A stretch of 28,575 nucleotides of DNA from Candidatus Kerfeldbacteria bacterium (GTDB lineage Bacteria > Patescibacteriota > Patescibacteriia > Veblenbacterales > UBA10138). Made by a program: the position numbers and the translations under genes. Positions 19,843-27,192 of the stretch are shown piece by piece. Under the pieces are notes generated by a model. The model did no database searches. It was not told the DNA's origin and worked only from the letters and a program-made list of their open reading frames with translations. The stretch spans positions 1 through 28,575 of the forward strand of contig JACRFM010000021.1 of NCBI GenBank assembly GCA_016234305.1, read 5' to 3'. Each line of letters opens with the position of its first letter. Position 1 is the first letter of the stretch.

Positions 19843-19890
19843 CCAACAATAAAATTGTAGCGGTGGAGAGTTAAATTATTAAATTTTTAA

Positions 19891-20016
19891 TATCTAAGTC
19901 CTAATTTCTAACCAATTCCCAATATCCAAATTCCAAAATTATTAGTAGCTGAATTAATTGGGTATTATTTAAGATTTAGAGTTTTGGATTTTATTAGATA
20001 TTAGGACAATTAGAAA
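19891..20016. repeat. Inverted array of degenerate heptamers
   Basis: Left: TATCTAA GTCCTAA TTTCTAA TTCCCAA TATCCAA ATTCCAA. Right: TTGGGTA TTAAGAT TTAGAGT TTAGATA TTAGGAC TTAGAAA. Confidence 0.7.
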
Positions 20017-20031
20017 TTTTATAGTTCCTCT

Positions 20032-20060
20032 TTGAACAATTAATCTTATTATGATAGCTT
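20032..20060 (+). promoter_or_regulatory. Promoter giving a leaderless methyltransferase mRNA
   Basis: TTGAAC, N17, TG-A-TAGCTT; ATG begins 8 nt after the -10. Confidence 0.55.
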
Positions 20061-20067
20061 TATTAGT

Positions 20068-21270
20068 ATGGCAGAACAATATTTATTCATCTTAGGCCGG
20101 CAGCCGCAGTTAAGCGTGGCTGAAATCGCGGCGGTAGCTAGAGCGCGCCAACTTGCCATCACCTGGCAAACTATTACCGCGTCTTACGCTTTAGTCGAGG
20201 GGGATATTACTCCTGATTTTTTTAAACAACTGGCTGGTTCAATAAAACTGGCTCAGGTTTTGGCTGAAGTTGAATATAAGCCGAACATTATCCGGGACTT
20301 TGTGTTTAATTATCTAAGCAGCCTTACTGGCGGGTGTTTATTTGGTTTTAGTTGGTATGGTCATAAAATTCCCTCTTGGTTAAAGCCAATGGGTTTAGAA
20401 TTAAAAAGGGAAATAAAAGACAGCGGCCGGCGCGCGCGGCTAGTTGAATCCCGCCAGGATGTTTTATCTTCAGTAGTAGTACAAAAAAACCATCTCTTGC
20501 CGCCGCGCGGTACGGAGTTTATTTTGCAGCCGTTTAGTGAAACCAGAATAATTATTGCTCGGACCGTGGCCGTGCAGGAATTTGCCGAGTGGTCAGAGCG
20601 GGATTATGGCCGCCCCGAGCGTGATTCACGGGTTGGTATGCTGCCGCCTAAACTGGCACGCCTCATGATTAATTTGACTCAAGGTGAGTTGGCCGAGCCT
20701 TTATTAGACCCATTTTGCGGCTCGGGCACAGTCCTGCAGGAAGCGGTGGCTTTGGGCTATAAATCAATTTGGGGCAGTGATATTGATAAGCAAGGCATTG
20801 AGCGAACCGCCGCTAATTTACAATGGCTTAGGCAAAAACATCCGGAATGGCAATTTGAGGAAAAATTATTAGCGGCTGATGTCCGGCAACTTAAAACGCA
20901 GCTTAAAGATATAAAATTTGGCGCGATGGTAACCGAACCATATTTAGGGCCAACCAGCAGGATTTTTGATATTAAACAGTATCAGGCAGTAGCCAAAGAC
21001 TTAGTCTCTTTGTATCGTTTGGCTTTGAAAAATCTGGCGGTCTTGATATTGCCGGGTCGGCGTCTGGTAATGGTTTGGCCGGTATTTCATCTGGGCGCCA
21101 AGTTATTATATTTGCCTTTAGTAAACGAACTATCGAGTTTGGGCTGGAAAGTGGAAAACATCTTGCCGCCCCAAGCTCCGCCGGCTTGGTGTGACAAACG
21201 CGGTTCGTTGCTTTATGAACGTCCGGGGCAAAGGGTTGGGCGGGAGGTATTCGTGTTGCGCAAGGTTTAG
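20068..21270 (+). CDS. TRM11/Trm14-like SAM-dependent RNA methyltransferase
   Basis: GMLPPKLARLMINL, motif I LLDPFCGSGTVLQEA, GSDID, motif IV VTEPYLG. Confidence 0.72.
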   Translation: MAEQYLFILGRQPQLSVAEIAAVARARQLAITWQTITASYALVEGDITPDFFKQLAGSIKLAQVLAEVEYKPNIIRDFVFNYLSSLTGGCLFGFSWYGHKIPSWLKPMGLELKREIKDSGRRARLVESRQDVLSSVVVQKNHLLPPRGTEFILQPFSETRIIIARTVAVQEFAEWSERDYGRPERDSRVGMLPPKLARLMINLTQGELAEPLLDPFCGSGTVLQEAVALGYKSIWGSDIDKQGIERTAANLQWLRQKHPEWQFEEKLLAADVRQLKTQLKDIKFGAMVTEPYLGPTSRIFDIKQYQAVAKDLVSLYRLALKNLAVLILPGRRLVMVWPVFHLGAKLLYLPLVNELSSLGWKVENILPPQAPPAWCDKRGSLLYERPGQRVGREVFVLRKV

Positions 21271-21330
21271 CTTGGCAAGATTGGGAAGATTTGGTAGAGT
21301 AAGATATAACAATTTTTAATTTACAATTTT

Positions 21331-21380
21331 GGTTGCCTTGTGCAACTATCACGATGGCCATCGGGATAAAAGCGAAGCTT
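21331..21380. repeat. GC-rich palindromic core of a dispersed intergenic repeat (copy 1)
   Basis: GTTGC-N5-GCAAC hairpin, ATCACGATGGCCATCGGGAT (palindrome, 1 mismatch) and GCGAAGC, flanked by AT-rich heptamer runs. Confidence 0.6.
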
Positions 21381-21454
21381 TTATTTTTAATCAATTTTTA
21401 ATTTAATAATTTGATAATTCAATAAAAATTAAAAATTTGAAATTTATAATTTTT

Positions 21455-22465
21455 ATGATTCATTATCGCAATCGTTTGGGTATAGAACTTATAGATTTGC
21501 ATATCCATGTGGGTGGCGCCGTGGCGCCGCACATTATGTGGGAAATTGCGCATAAACAAGGTTTAAAATTGCCGGTGAAAAATTACTGGGATTTTTGGAA
21601 ACTAATTACGGCCACGGATGAAACTGTAAATAGTTTGGAAGAGTATGTGGATATAATGCATCGTTGGACCGAGAAAATTCAATCTAGTCCCGAGGCGGTA
21701 GAGCGGTGTGTTTATTCGATTTTAGCCAAAGAGTACCGTTCGTCTAATGTTAACCAAATTGAAGTCCGTTTTAATCCCATGAAGCGTAATAAAGGCGGGG
21801 AAATGGATCTGGACCATATTATTCAAGCGGCTTTGCATGGTATGGATAAGGCTAGTTTGGATTATGGGGTGAAAGCTGGTTTGTTATTTTGCTTGGCGCG
21901 TGAATTCCCCTTTGAGCTAAATGAGATTATTGTGCGTAAGGCCATTAAGTATATGTCTTGGGGCGTGGTGGGCATAGATATCGCCGGACCGGAAAAGCAC
22001 ACTTTTGAACAAGACCCAGATTTTGTTAGCTATAGAAAGTTATTTGCCGAAGCGCGAGCGGCTGGTTTAGGTTTAACTGTGCATACTGGTGAAACTAACG
22101 CTACTGGGCCGACGAGCATGCGGCAAGTACTTAAAGATATTAAACCGGAGCGAATTGGTCACGGTATTCAGGCGGTTAAAGACGAGGCCTTGCTTAAAGA
22201 GCTGGCCGCGGCTGGCACCGTGCTGGAAATTTGTCCGTCTTCCAATTTGCAAACCAAAGCTGTAAAAGATATAGGGGAATTGAAAGATATTATTTTTAAA
22301 CTAAAAGAGTTTGGCGTTAAATTCACCATTAATACCGATGGCCCTTATTTGCTAAATAGCAATATGAAAAAGGAGATTGAATTGTTGCTGCAGAACGAAA
22401 TTATGACTGAAGAGGAACTAAGGGCTGCTTTTGACCTCGCCCGTCAAGTCAGCTTTATTAAATAA
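21455..22465 (+). CDS. add: Adenosine deaminase family amidohydrolase (start reassigned to ATG 21455)
   Basis: DLHIHVGG (HxH), EVRFNP, VVGIDIAG, HTGE, RIGHG, LEICPSSN, INTDGP. Confidence 0.88.
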   Translation: MIHYRNRLGIELIDLHIHVGGAVAPHIMWEIAHKQGLKLPVKNYWDFWKLITATDETVNSLEEYVDIMHRWTEKIQSSPEAVERCVYSILAKEYRSSNVNQIEVRFNPMKRNKGGEMDLDHIIQAALHGMDKASLDYGVKAGLLFCLAREFPFELNEIIVRKAIKYMSWGVVGIDIAGPEKHTFEQDPDFVSYRKLFAEARAAGLGLTVHTGETNATGPTSMRQVLKDIKPERIGHGIQAVKDEALLKELAAAGTVLEICPSSNLQTKAVKDIGELKDIIFKLKEFGVKFTINTDGPYLLNSNMKKEIELLLQNEIMTEEELRAAFDLARQVSFIK

Positions 22466-22473
22466 TAAATAAT

Positions 22474-23283
22474 ATGTTAGAGGAGGCTGACTATAGAAAT
22501 TTTAAATCTAGTTTTGTTTTCTTGGATGAAACAGGTTTAATTCATAGTAATCGCGATCAATTTTTTGCTTTAGGTATATTAAAGTCAGACTATCCTCAAA
22601 AATTTTATCGGGAAATTAGAAAAATTAGAGATAAGTACAGATATAACGAAGAAATTAAGTGGGCTAAATTAGACCGAAAGATTAGATTTGATGTTGCCAT
22701 TGAAGTTTTTAATGCCTTTCTTGCTGATAATTCAGTTACTTTTAATTGTATAATTCTTGATAAGAAGGAATTAGACTTTAAGGGTTATTTTGATAACGAT
22801 TTATCTAAAGTCTATCGTAGTTTTACTATAGCTTTGTTGAAGCTAGCCATAGGCAAATATCCTGACGAGGTATTGGTAGTTTTAGCTGATGATTACTTTG
22901 TTCCTGAGGGTATAGAATTAGAAGAAACAATAAAAAAATTTATAAATAATCATTATAAAAAATTTGTTATAGCTGGAGTTTGTCAAATTAATTCTAAATC
23001 GTCCGATTTATTGCAAATTACTGATTTAATACTGGGAGCTACTTTGTATGACCTTAAAAGATCTAGGGGCCTAGTTAGTAAGCAGAATACTTTTAAAAGG
23101 AAATTTCTCAATTTTTTATATCAGAAATTAACTATAAAGAATTCTTTTTTTGTTTCTTTTAATGGGCATATGAATAGAAACTTTACTTTTTCTGGGAATA
23201 AAGTAAGAGCTACTATATTTGATTGTAAAAGATCGAGAGTAAACAAATATAACAAAAAACAAGCCATGACCCACAACGGGTGA
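22474..23283 (+). CDS. DUF3800 domain protein (RNase H-like fold, putative nuclease)
   Basis: FVFLDETG, EIKW, NSKSSDLLQITDLILGA; visibly more AT-rich codons than the neighbouring add. Confidence 0.8.
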   Translation: MLEEADYRNFKSSFVFLDETGLIHSNRDQFFALGILKSDYPQKFYREIRKIRDKYRYNEEIKWAKLDRKIRFDVAIEVFNAFLADNSVTFNCIILDKKELDFKGYFDNDLSKVYRSFTIALLKLAIGKYPDEVLVVLADDYFVPEGIELEETIKKFINNHYKKFVIAGVCQINSKSSDLLQITDLILGATLYDLKRSRGLVSKQNTFKRKFLNFLYQKLTIKNSFFVSFNGHMNRNFTFSGNKVRATIFDCKRSRVNKYNKKQAMTHNG

Positions 23284-23320
23284 CGCCTGTTTTTGTTAGA
23301 AACCATGAATAATGGTTTCT
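23251..23320 (-). ncRNA. Candidate ~70-nt antisense RNA overlapping the DUF3800 3' end
   Basis: Downstream of a near-consensus promoter; hairpin 1 starts at the predicted +1 and hairpin 2 ends in UUGUUUUUUGUU. Confidence 0.5.
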
Positions 23321-23326
23321 AAAATA

Positions 23327-23355
23327 AGTATATATATATTTAGAATTTTTGTCAA
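23327..23355 (-). promoter_or_regulatory. Near-consensus sigma70 promoter pointing antisense into DUF3800
   Basis: TTGACA (23355-50), N17, TATACT (23332-27). Confidence 0.7.
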
Positions 23356-24410
23356 TAGCATGTATGCGTCCACCACATATTGGACTTTTGCGGGTTAGAT
23401 TCAAGGAACATTAGGTATTGTACTGGGGATAGCTTGTTTCCGAAAGCGCAATGTGGTCGTTCCGTGTTATACCACAGAAGATACTCCATGAGTTTTTTGT
23501 TAAATACATTCGGTTCAAGAAGGAGATATTCATGGTAATCAGTGAATTCTTCTTGGATAGTACGGTTAAAGCGTTCGGCGTGGGCATTCATCTTGGGTGT
23601 TTGGGGATAGGTATGCCAATGGGTTTTGTACAACTGTCGTAAACGTAGATCAAAGTGCTTCATAAACTCACTGCCGTTGTCAGTCAGGATATATTCCAGC
23701 GGGTAGGGAAACACTGCCTGTACCAGAGCAAAGAACTCTTGCGCGGCTTGGCTGGCGTGGCTGGTGGTACTCCACGCAAAGGTGAATCTGCTGTCTAGAT
23801 CGGTGAAGGTAATGACGTACCGCCTGCAACCATGGATGAACTTTTCAATGGTGTCAAAACCACCACAATGTCCGGGATGAGTAGCTTTAAAATACTTGGG
23901 TTTTCTTAGGACTTTTGTTCTTTTCTTGGATTTAATCTTGCCGAAGTGGCTGACCTTTTGCGGGAAGATGCGTAACCCCCCGGCATCATTAATTAATCTG
24001 CCGATGGTGGAAGTTGATGGGCAGATTGCATTGCTTGTTAAACAGAACTTTTGCAACAAAGTATGTAGCTTATCTTTGCCCAGATTAGGGTGGAGTTCCC
24101 GTAAATTAGCGATCTCTTGGGTGATGGCAGAAGGCCACTGGCGTTGCCGTTTGTTAGGCGGCGCTGGGGATTTCTCATTCAAGGCTTCTAGTTTGCCACC
24201 ACCGTCATTAAGCGCTTGTTTCCATAGAAACAAAGTGGACCGTTTGACTGGAAAAGCATCCAGCGTTGCCTGCAGACCGTGATCTGCCCAGAATTTTAGC
24301 ACTCTGGTTTTGTGCTTGGCTTTGGGGGTAATCATATACCGCCAGCGTAGCCCGTATTGCCAAGCACGCACAAAACCATGTGTACCCTTAAATATGTTCA
24401 ATTGTTGCAT
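23352..24410 (-). CDS. IS481-family DDE transposase (HTH plus integrase core)
   Basis: DDE triad in GFDT, TDNGSEF and NAHAERFNRT; the AGGAG SD sits in hairpin GACTCCT-N6-AGGAGTC (24413-32). Confidence 0.9.
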   Translation of the reverse strand: MQQLNIFKGTHGFVRAWQYGLRWRYMITPKAKHKTRVLKFWADHGLQATLDAFPVKRSTLFLWKQALNDGGGKLEALNEKSPAPPNKRQRQWPSAITQEIANLRELHPNLGKDKLHTLLQKFCLTSNAICPSTSTIGRLINDAGGLRIFPQKVSHFGKIKSKKRTKVLRKPKYFKATHPGHCGGFDTIEKFIHGCRRYVITFTDLDSRFTFAWSTTSHASQAAQEFFALVQAVFPYPLEYILTDNGSEFMKHFDLRLRQLYKTHWHTYPQTPKMNAHAERFNRTIQEEFTDYHEYLLLEPNVFNKKLMEYLLWYNTERPHCAFGNKLSPVQYLMFLESNPQKSNMWWTHTCY

Positions 24411-24455
24411 CTGACTCCTGGGTTAAGGAGTCCAATATGTATGTGAACTTATGCA
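23361..24455 (-). mobile_element. IS481-family insertion sequence, 1095 bp, 5-bp TSD TAGCA (23356-60 and 24456-60)
   Basis: Imperfect ~27-bp terminal IRs (TGTATGCGTCCAC-CACATATTGGACT vs TGCATAAGTTCACATACATATTGGACT) with a 12-bp perfect core; flanking direct repeat TAGCA. Confidence 0.88.
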
Positions 24456-25201
24456 TAGCAAGGTAATGGGCCAATGATGGCGGCGAATCTTTTTTCCGGC
24501 TGGCTAGTTTGTTTAGCGCGGTAGTGGGAAAAGAACTCATTGCTATGTGCCGTGCAGTCAGAGTTGAGATAGAGTTTGTTTTTAACCACGCCGGAATCCA
24601 GTAATTGTTCAGCAGTGAAACCAACCAAATCAATATAAATTAAATTATTTTTGTTGATTAAAAAATTATGCCAAGCCGGGTCACTTGTTTGTTCAATTTC
24701 GTTGTAAGCGTAGCAGCAGCTATGTATGCTCGGTCCAATACCCGCCACTAAATCATTTGGTTTAGTATTATAAAACTTAGCCATGGCTTTAATAGTTTTA
24801 TTGATTATTTGTAAATTGGCATTTTTTCTACCCACATGCACCAAAGCCACTGTTTGATTCATTGGGTCATATAGCATTACTGATAAGCAGTCGGCGACTA
24901 CATGCCACAAATATAAACCCAATTCATTGGTGATTAAGCAGTCACCCTTGAGTTGATAATCATCTTGCAGTACACCTTGGCCAGCGTCGGCAGCGGTAAC
25001 TTTAATAATTTTGTCGCTATGTTCCAGTTCAGCGCTGACTACGCGGCTTGGGTCAATATTTAAGTCAGTTAAAAACTTCTGCCGGTTTTGCCGCACTTCT
25101 TCCTCTATACCCCATTTAAACGACATATTACCGTCGTCTTTAGTGGAAAAGGCGTGAAGAAGTTTATTATATTTTGTAAGTTGAGGAATTTGATAAAACA
25201 C
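24449..25201 (-). CDS. pgeF: PgeF/YfiH family (purine nucleoside phosphorylase, laccase-domain protein)
   Basis: GNMS, LEHS, GDCLIT, VADCLSV, ALVHVG, GIGPSIHSCCY, FFSHYR; GTG start. Confidence 0.88.
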   Translation of the reverse strand: MFYQIPQLTKYNKLLHAFSTKDDGNMSFKWGIEEEVRQNRQKFLTDLNIDPSRVVSAELEHSDKIIKVTAADAGQGVLQDDYQLKGDCLITNELGLYLWHVVADCLSVMLYDPMNQTVALVHVGRKNANLQIINKTIKAMAKFYNTKPNDLVAGIGPSIHSCCYAYNEIEQTSDPAWHNFLINKNNLIYIDLVGFTAEQLLDSGVVKNKLYLNSDCTAHSNEFFSHYRAKQTSQPEKRFAAIIGPLPCYA

Positions 25202-25239
25202 AGAATGATGTAAAACTTAAAATTCAAAATTGCATTCCA

Positions 25240-25370
25240 GCCACCATGCCGTAGGGTAATGAGCAGAGCGGAAGCCATAAGTCGGACAAGCTAGTGCGTG
25301 TTGTGGTCGCTTGGCATAGCACTAGCCCGGCTTATGGCGAGCACTGTCTTACCCGAAGGCTTTAGGTGGC
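25240..25370 (+). ncRNA. Candidate orphan structured RNA or long palindromic element
   Basis: One nested hairpin: GCCACC/GGTGGC, GCC/GGC, GUA/GAA loop, GGGTAA/TTACCC, 12-bp GCCATAAGTCGG/CCGGCTTATGGC, 8-bp GCTAGTGC/GCACTAGC. Wobble pairs work only on the plus strand. Confidence 0.55.
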
Positions 25371-25379
25371 GATTCTTGC

Positions 25380-25424
25380 CCTACTTCTTTTAAAGAAGTA
25401 GGAAAAATAGTTATTAAATAACTA
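25380..25424. repeat. Two adjacent perfect inverted repeats downstream of ychF
   Basis: CCTACTTCTTT-T-AAAGAAGTAGG (25380-402) and TAGTTATT-A-AATAACTA (25408-24). Confidence 0.7.
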
Positions 25425-25433
25425 GGCTTAATT

Positions 25434-26495
25434 TTAAGTACTAAACCTAAAATGACAAACATCGCCGTCTTGAATAACATAGTCCTTGCCTTCCAAACGG
25501 AATTTGCCGGCGGTTTTAGCGCCCGTTTCACCGCCCGTGGCTACAAAATCAGTGTAAGCAATTACTTCAGCACGAATAAAGCCTTGTTCAAAATCAGTAT
25601 GAATCACGCCGGCGGCTTGGGGCGCCTTAGTGCCGCGTTTAATGGTCCAGGCGCGCGATTCCTGCGGTCCGGCGGTAAAAAAAGTAATCAAGTCTAGTAA
25701 TCGGTAGCTGGCTTGAATCAGTTTATTTAAACCGGTTTCAGTAAGTCCCAGTTCTTGGCTTAATTTTTCCGCTTCCGCTGGCGGCAAGTCAGCCAGTTCA
25801 GCTTCTAATTTGGCGGAAATAGTAATGCTGGGTTTAATATTGATGGCGGCATCGATGACGCCTTCGTCAGCGTTAATAACGTAGAGTAATGGTTTAGCGG
25901 TTAATAGACTCAAACTTTTAACGAAAATTTGTTCGGTTTCATTCAAGGAGAGTTCACGAATTGGTTTACCTTGGTTAAGATGCAACTGCAACTTTTCCAA
26001 ACATTCAACCTGCCCCAGTAATATTTTATCAGGTAGGGTTTTTAATTTAGGCTTTAGAGCTGCCAGTCGTTTTTCCACAGTCGTGAAATCAGCCATGGCT
26101 AGTTCAACGTTTACAACTTCAGCGTCGGACAAAGGATTAACTTCACTCGCAACGTGGATGATTTTCGGGTCTGAAAAAGCCCGCACGACTTGGGCAATGG
26201 CGTCAACCTCGCGGATGTTGGCTAAAAACTGGTTACCCAAACCTTCGCCTTGGTGAGCGTTTTTAACCAATCCGGCAATATCCACGAATTCAATCGTGGT
26301 GGGTATGGTTTTGGCCGAGGCGCAAATTTCAGTTAATTTATTGAGCCGCTCGTCCGGAACTTCAACTACGCCAACATTGGGCTCGATGGTGGCAAAAGGA
26401 TAATTCTCAATAGTTACAGACTTACGCGTTAAAGCTTTAAACAAGGTGGATTTGCCCACGTTAGGCAAGCCGACAATACCAATTTGGAAGGACAC
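25434..26495 (-). CDS. ychF: Redox-regulated ribosome-binding ATPase YchF
   Basis: GIVGLPNVGKSTLF, NYPFATIEPN, FVDIAGLV, GLGNQFL, HTDFEQGFIRAE, YVIQDGD. Confidence 0.98.
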   Translation of the reverse strand: MSFQIGIVGLPNVGKSTLFKALTRKSVTIENYPFATIEPNVGVVEVPDERLNKLTEICASAKTIPTTIEFVDIAGLVKNAHQGEGLGNQFLANIREVDAIAQVVRAFSDPKIIHVASEVNPLSDAEVVNVELAMADFTTVEKRLAALKPKLKTLPDKILLGQVECLEKLQLHLNQGKPIRELSLNETEQIFVKSLSLLTAKPLLYVINADEGVIDAAINIKPSITISAKLEAELADLPPAEAEKLSQELGLTETGLNKLIQASYRLLDLITFFTAGPQESRAWTIKRGTKAPQAAGVIHTDFEQGFIRAEVIAYTDFVATGGETGAKTAGKFRLEGKDYVIQDGDVCHFRFST

Positions 26496-26504
26496 GTTAG
26501 TAAA

Positions 26505-26647
26505 GTTAAAAGTAAAAAATCAAAAGTTAAAACTAGTGAAGGTTTTGTTTACATCCCGCTCGGGCGAAATAGTTGCAATGAGCAACTAGCAGTTAAAATT
26601 TTTTAGTTTTGAGTTGTGGTTTTGACTTTTGCGATTTGAGTTTTGAC
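26505..26647. repeat. Dispersed intergenic repeat (copy 2): inverted heptamer arrays around a GC-rich core
   Basis: GTTAAAA GTAAAAA ATCAAAA GTTAAAA ... ATCCCGCTCGGG ... TAGTTGC-N5-GCAACTA ... TTTTTAG TTTTGAG TTTTGAC TTTTGCG ATTTGAG TTTTGAC. Confidence 0.7.
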
Positions 26648-26661
26648 CTGTTCTTTTATTT

Positions 26662-26711
26662 ACTCTACCTTATTGGGGTTATTTGGCAAGTTGGTTGATA
26701 AACACTATAAT
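26662..26711. promoter_or_regulatory. Back-to-back promoters for ychF (minus) and the PIN gene (plus)
   Basis: Plus: TTGGCA (26683-88), N17, TATAAT (26706-11). Minus: TTGCCA (26689-84), N16, TAGAGT (26667-62). Confidence 0.6.
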
Positions 26712-26719
26712 TTTATAAT

Positions 26720-27175
26720 ATGACACGAGTGGTTCTAGACACCAATGTTTTGATTAATGCCGACCGGGGAGAATACAGTTACCCGAAGCGGATTTTAGAT
26801 TTGATATTGAACGGTTCAGTTATGGCCGTTATGACTAAACCGGTGCGGCGCGAGAATCAGTTGTTGGTAGAACGGTTGGTTCGTGATACGCGCCTTAAGG
26901 ATGATATTATGGATTTTTTAATAATGGCTGAATTAGCCCAACCGGCCGTAATTAAAGTTAAGATTGATGATGCCGAGGATATAAAATTATTAGCGGCCGC
27001 CGTGGGCGGCAAGGCGGAGTGGCTTATAACCGAAGATAGGCATTTGCTGGATCTGGAAAAGTATCAGGCTGTAGAAATTGTTACGCCGCAGGCTTGGTGG
27101 CAGTGGTGGCAAGCGCAAGACAATCAAACAGCCAACACTTGGCAATCTTGGACCAAAAATTTATTTAAGACCTAA
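26720..27175 (+). CDS. PIN-domain protein (PIN_3 / putative toxin family)
   Basis: RVVLDTNVLINA, DDAEDIKLLAAAVGGKAEWLITEDRHLLDL, IVTP. Confidence 0.88.
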   Translation: MTRVVLDTNVLINADRGEYSYPKRILDLILNGSVMAVMTKPVRRENQLLVERLVRDTRLKDDIMDFLIMAELAQPAVIKVKIDDAEDIKLLAAAVGGKAEWLITEDRHLLDLEKYQAVEIVTPQAWWQWWQAQDNQTANTWQSWTKNLFKT

Positions 27176-27192
27176 ATATTTAAAATGTTTAA

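Noticed and set aside
21455-22465. Adenosine deaminase as RADAR defence (RdrB)
   Set aside because: The protein is only about 336 aa with ordinary ADA motifs, and there is no adjacent RdrA-type ATPase.
19891-26647. Heptamer arrays as CRISPR or iteron arrays
   Set aside because: Units are 7 nt, degenerate and inverted, with no unique spacers, cas genes or rep gene.
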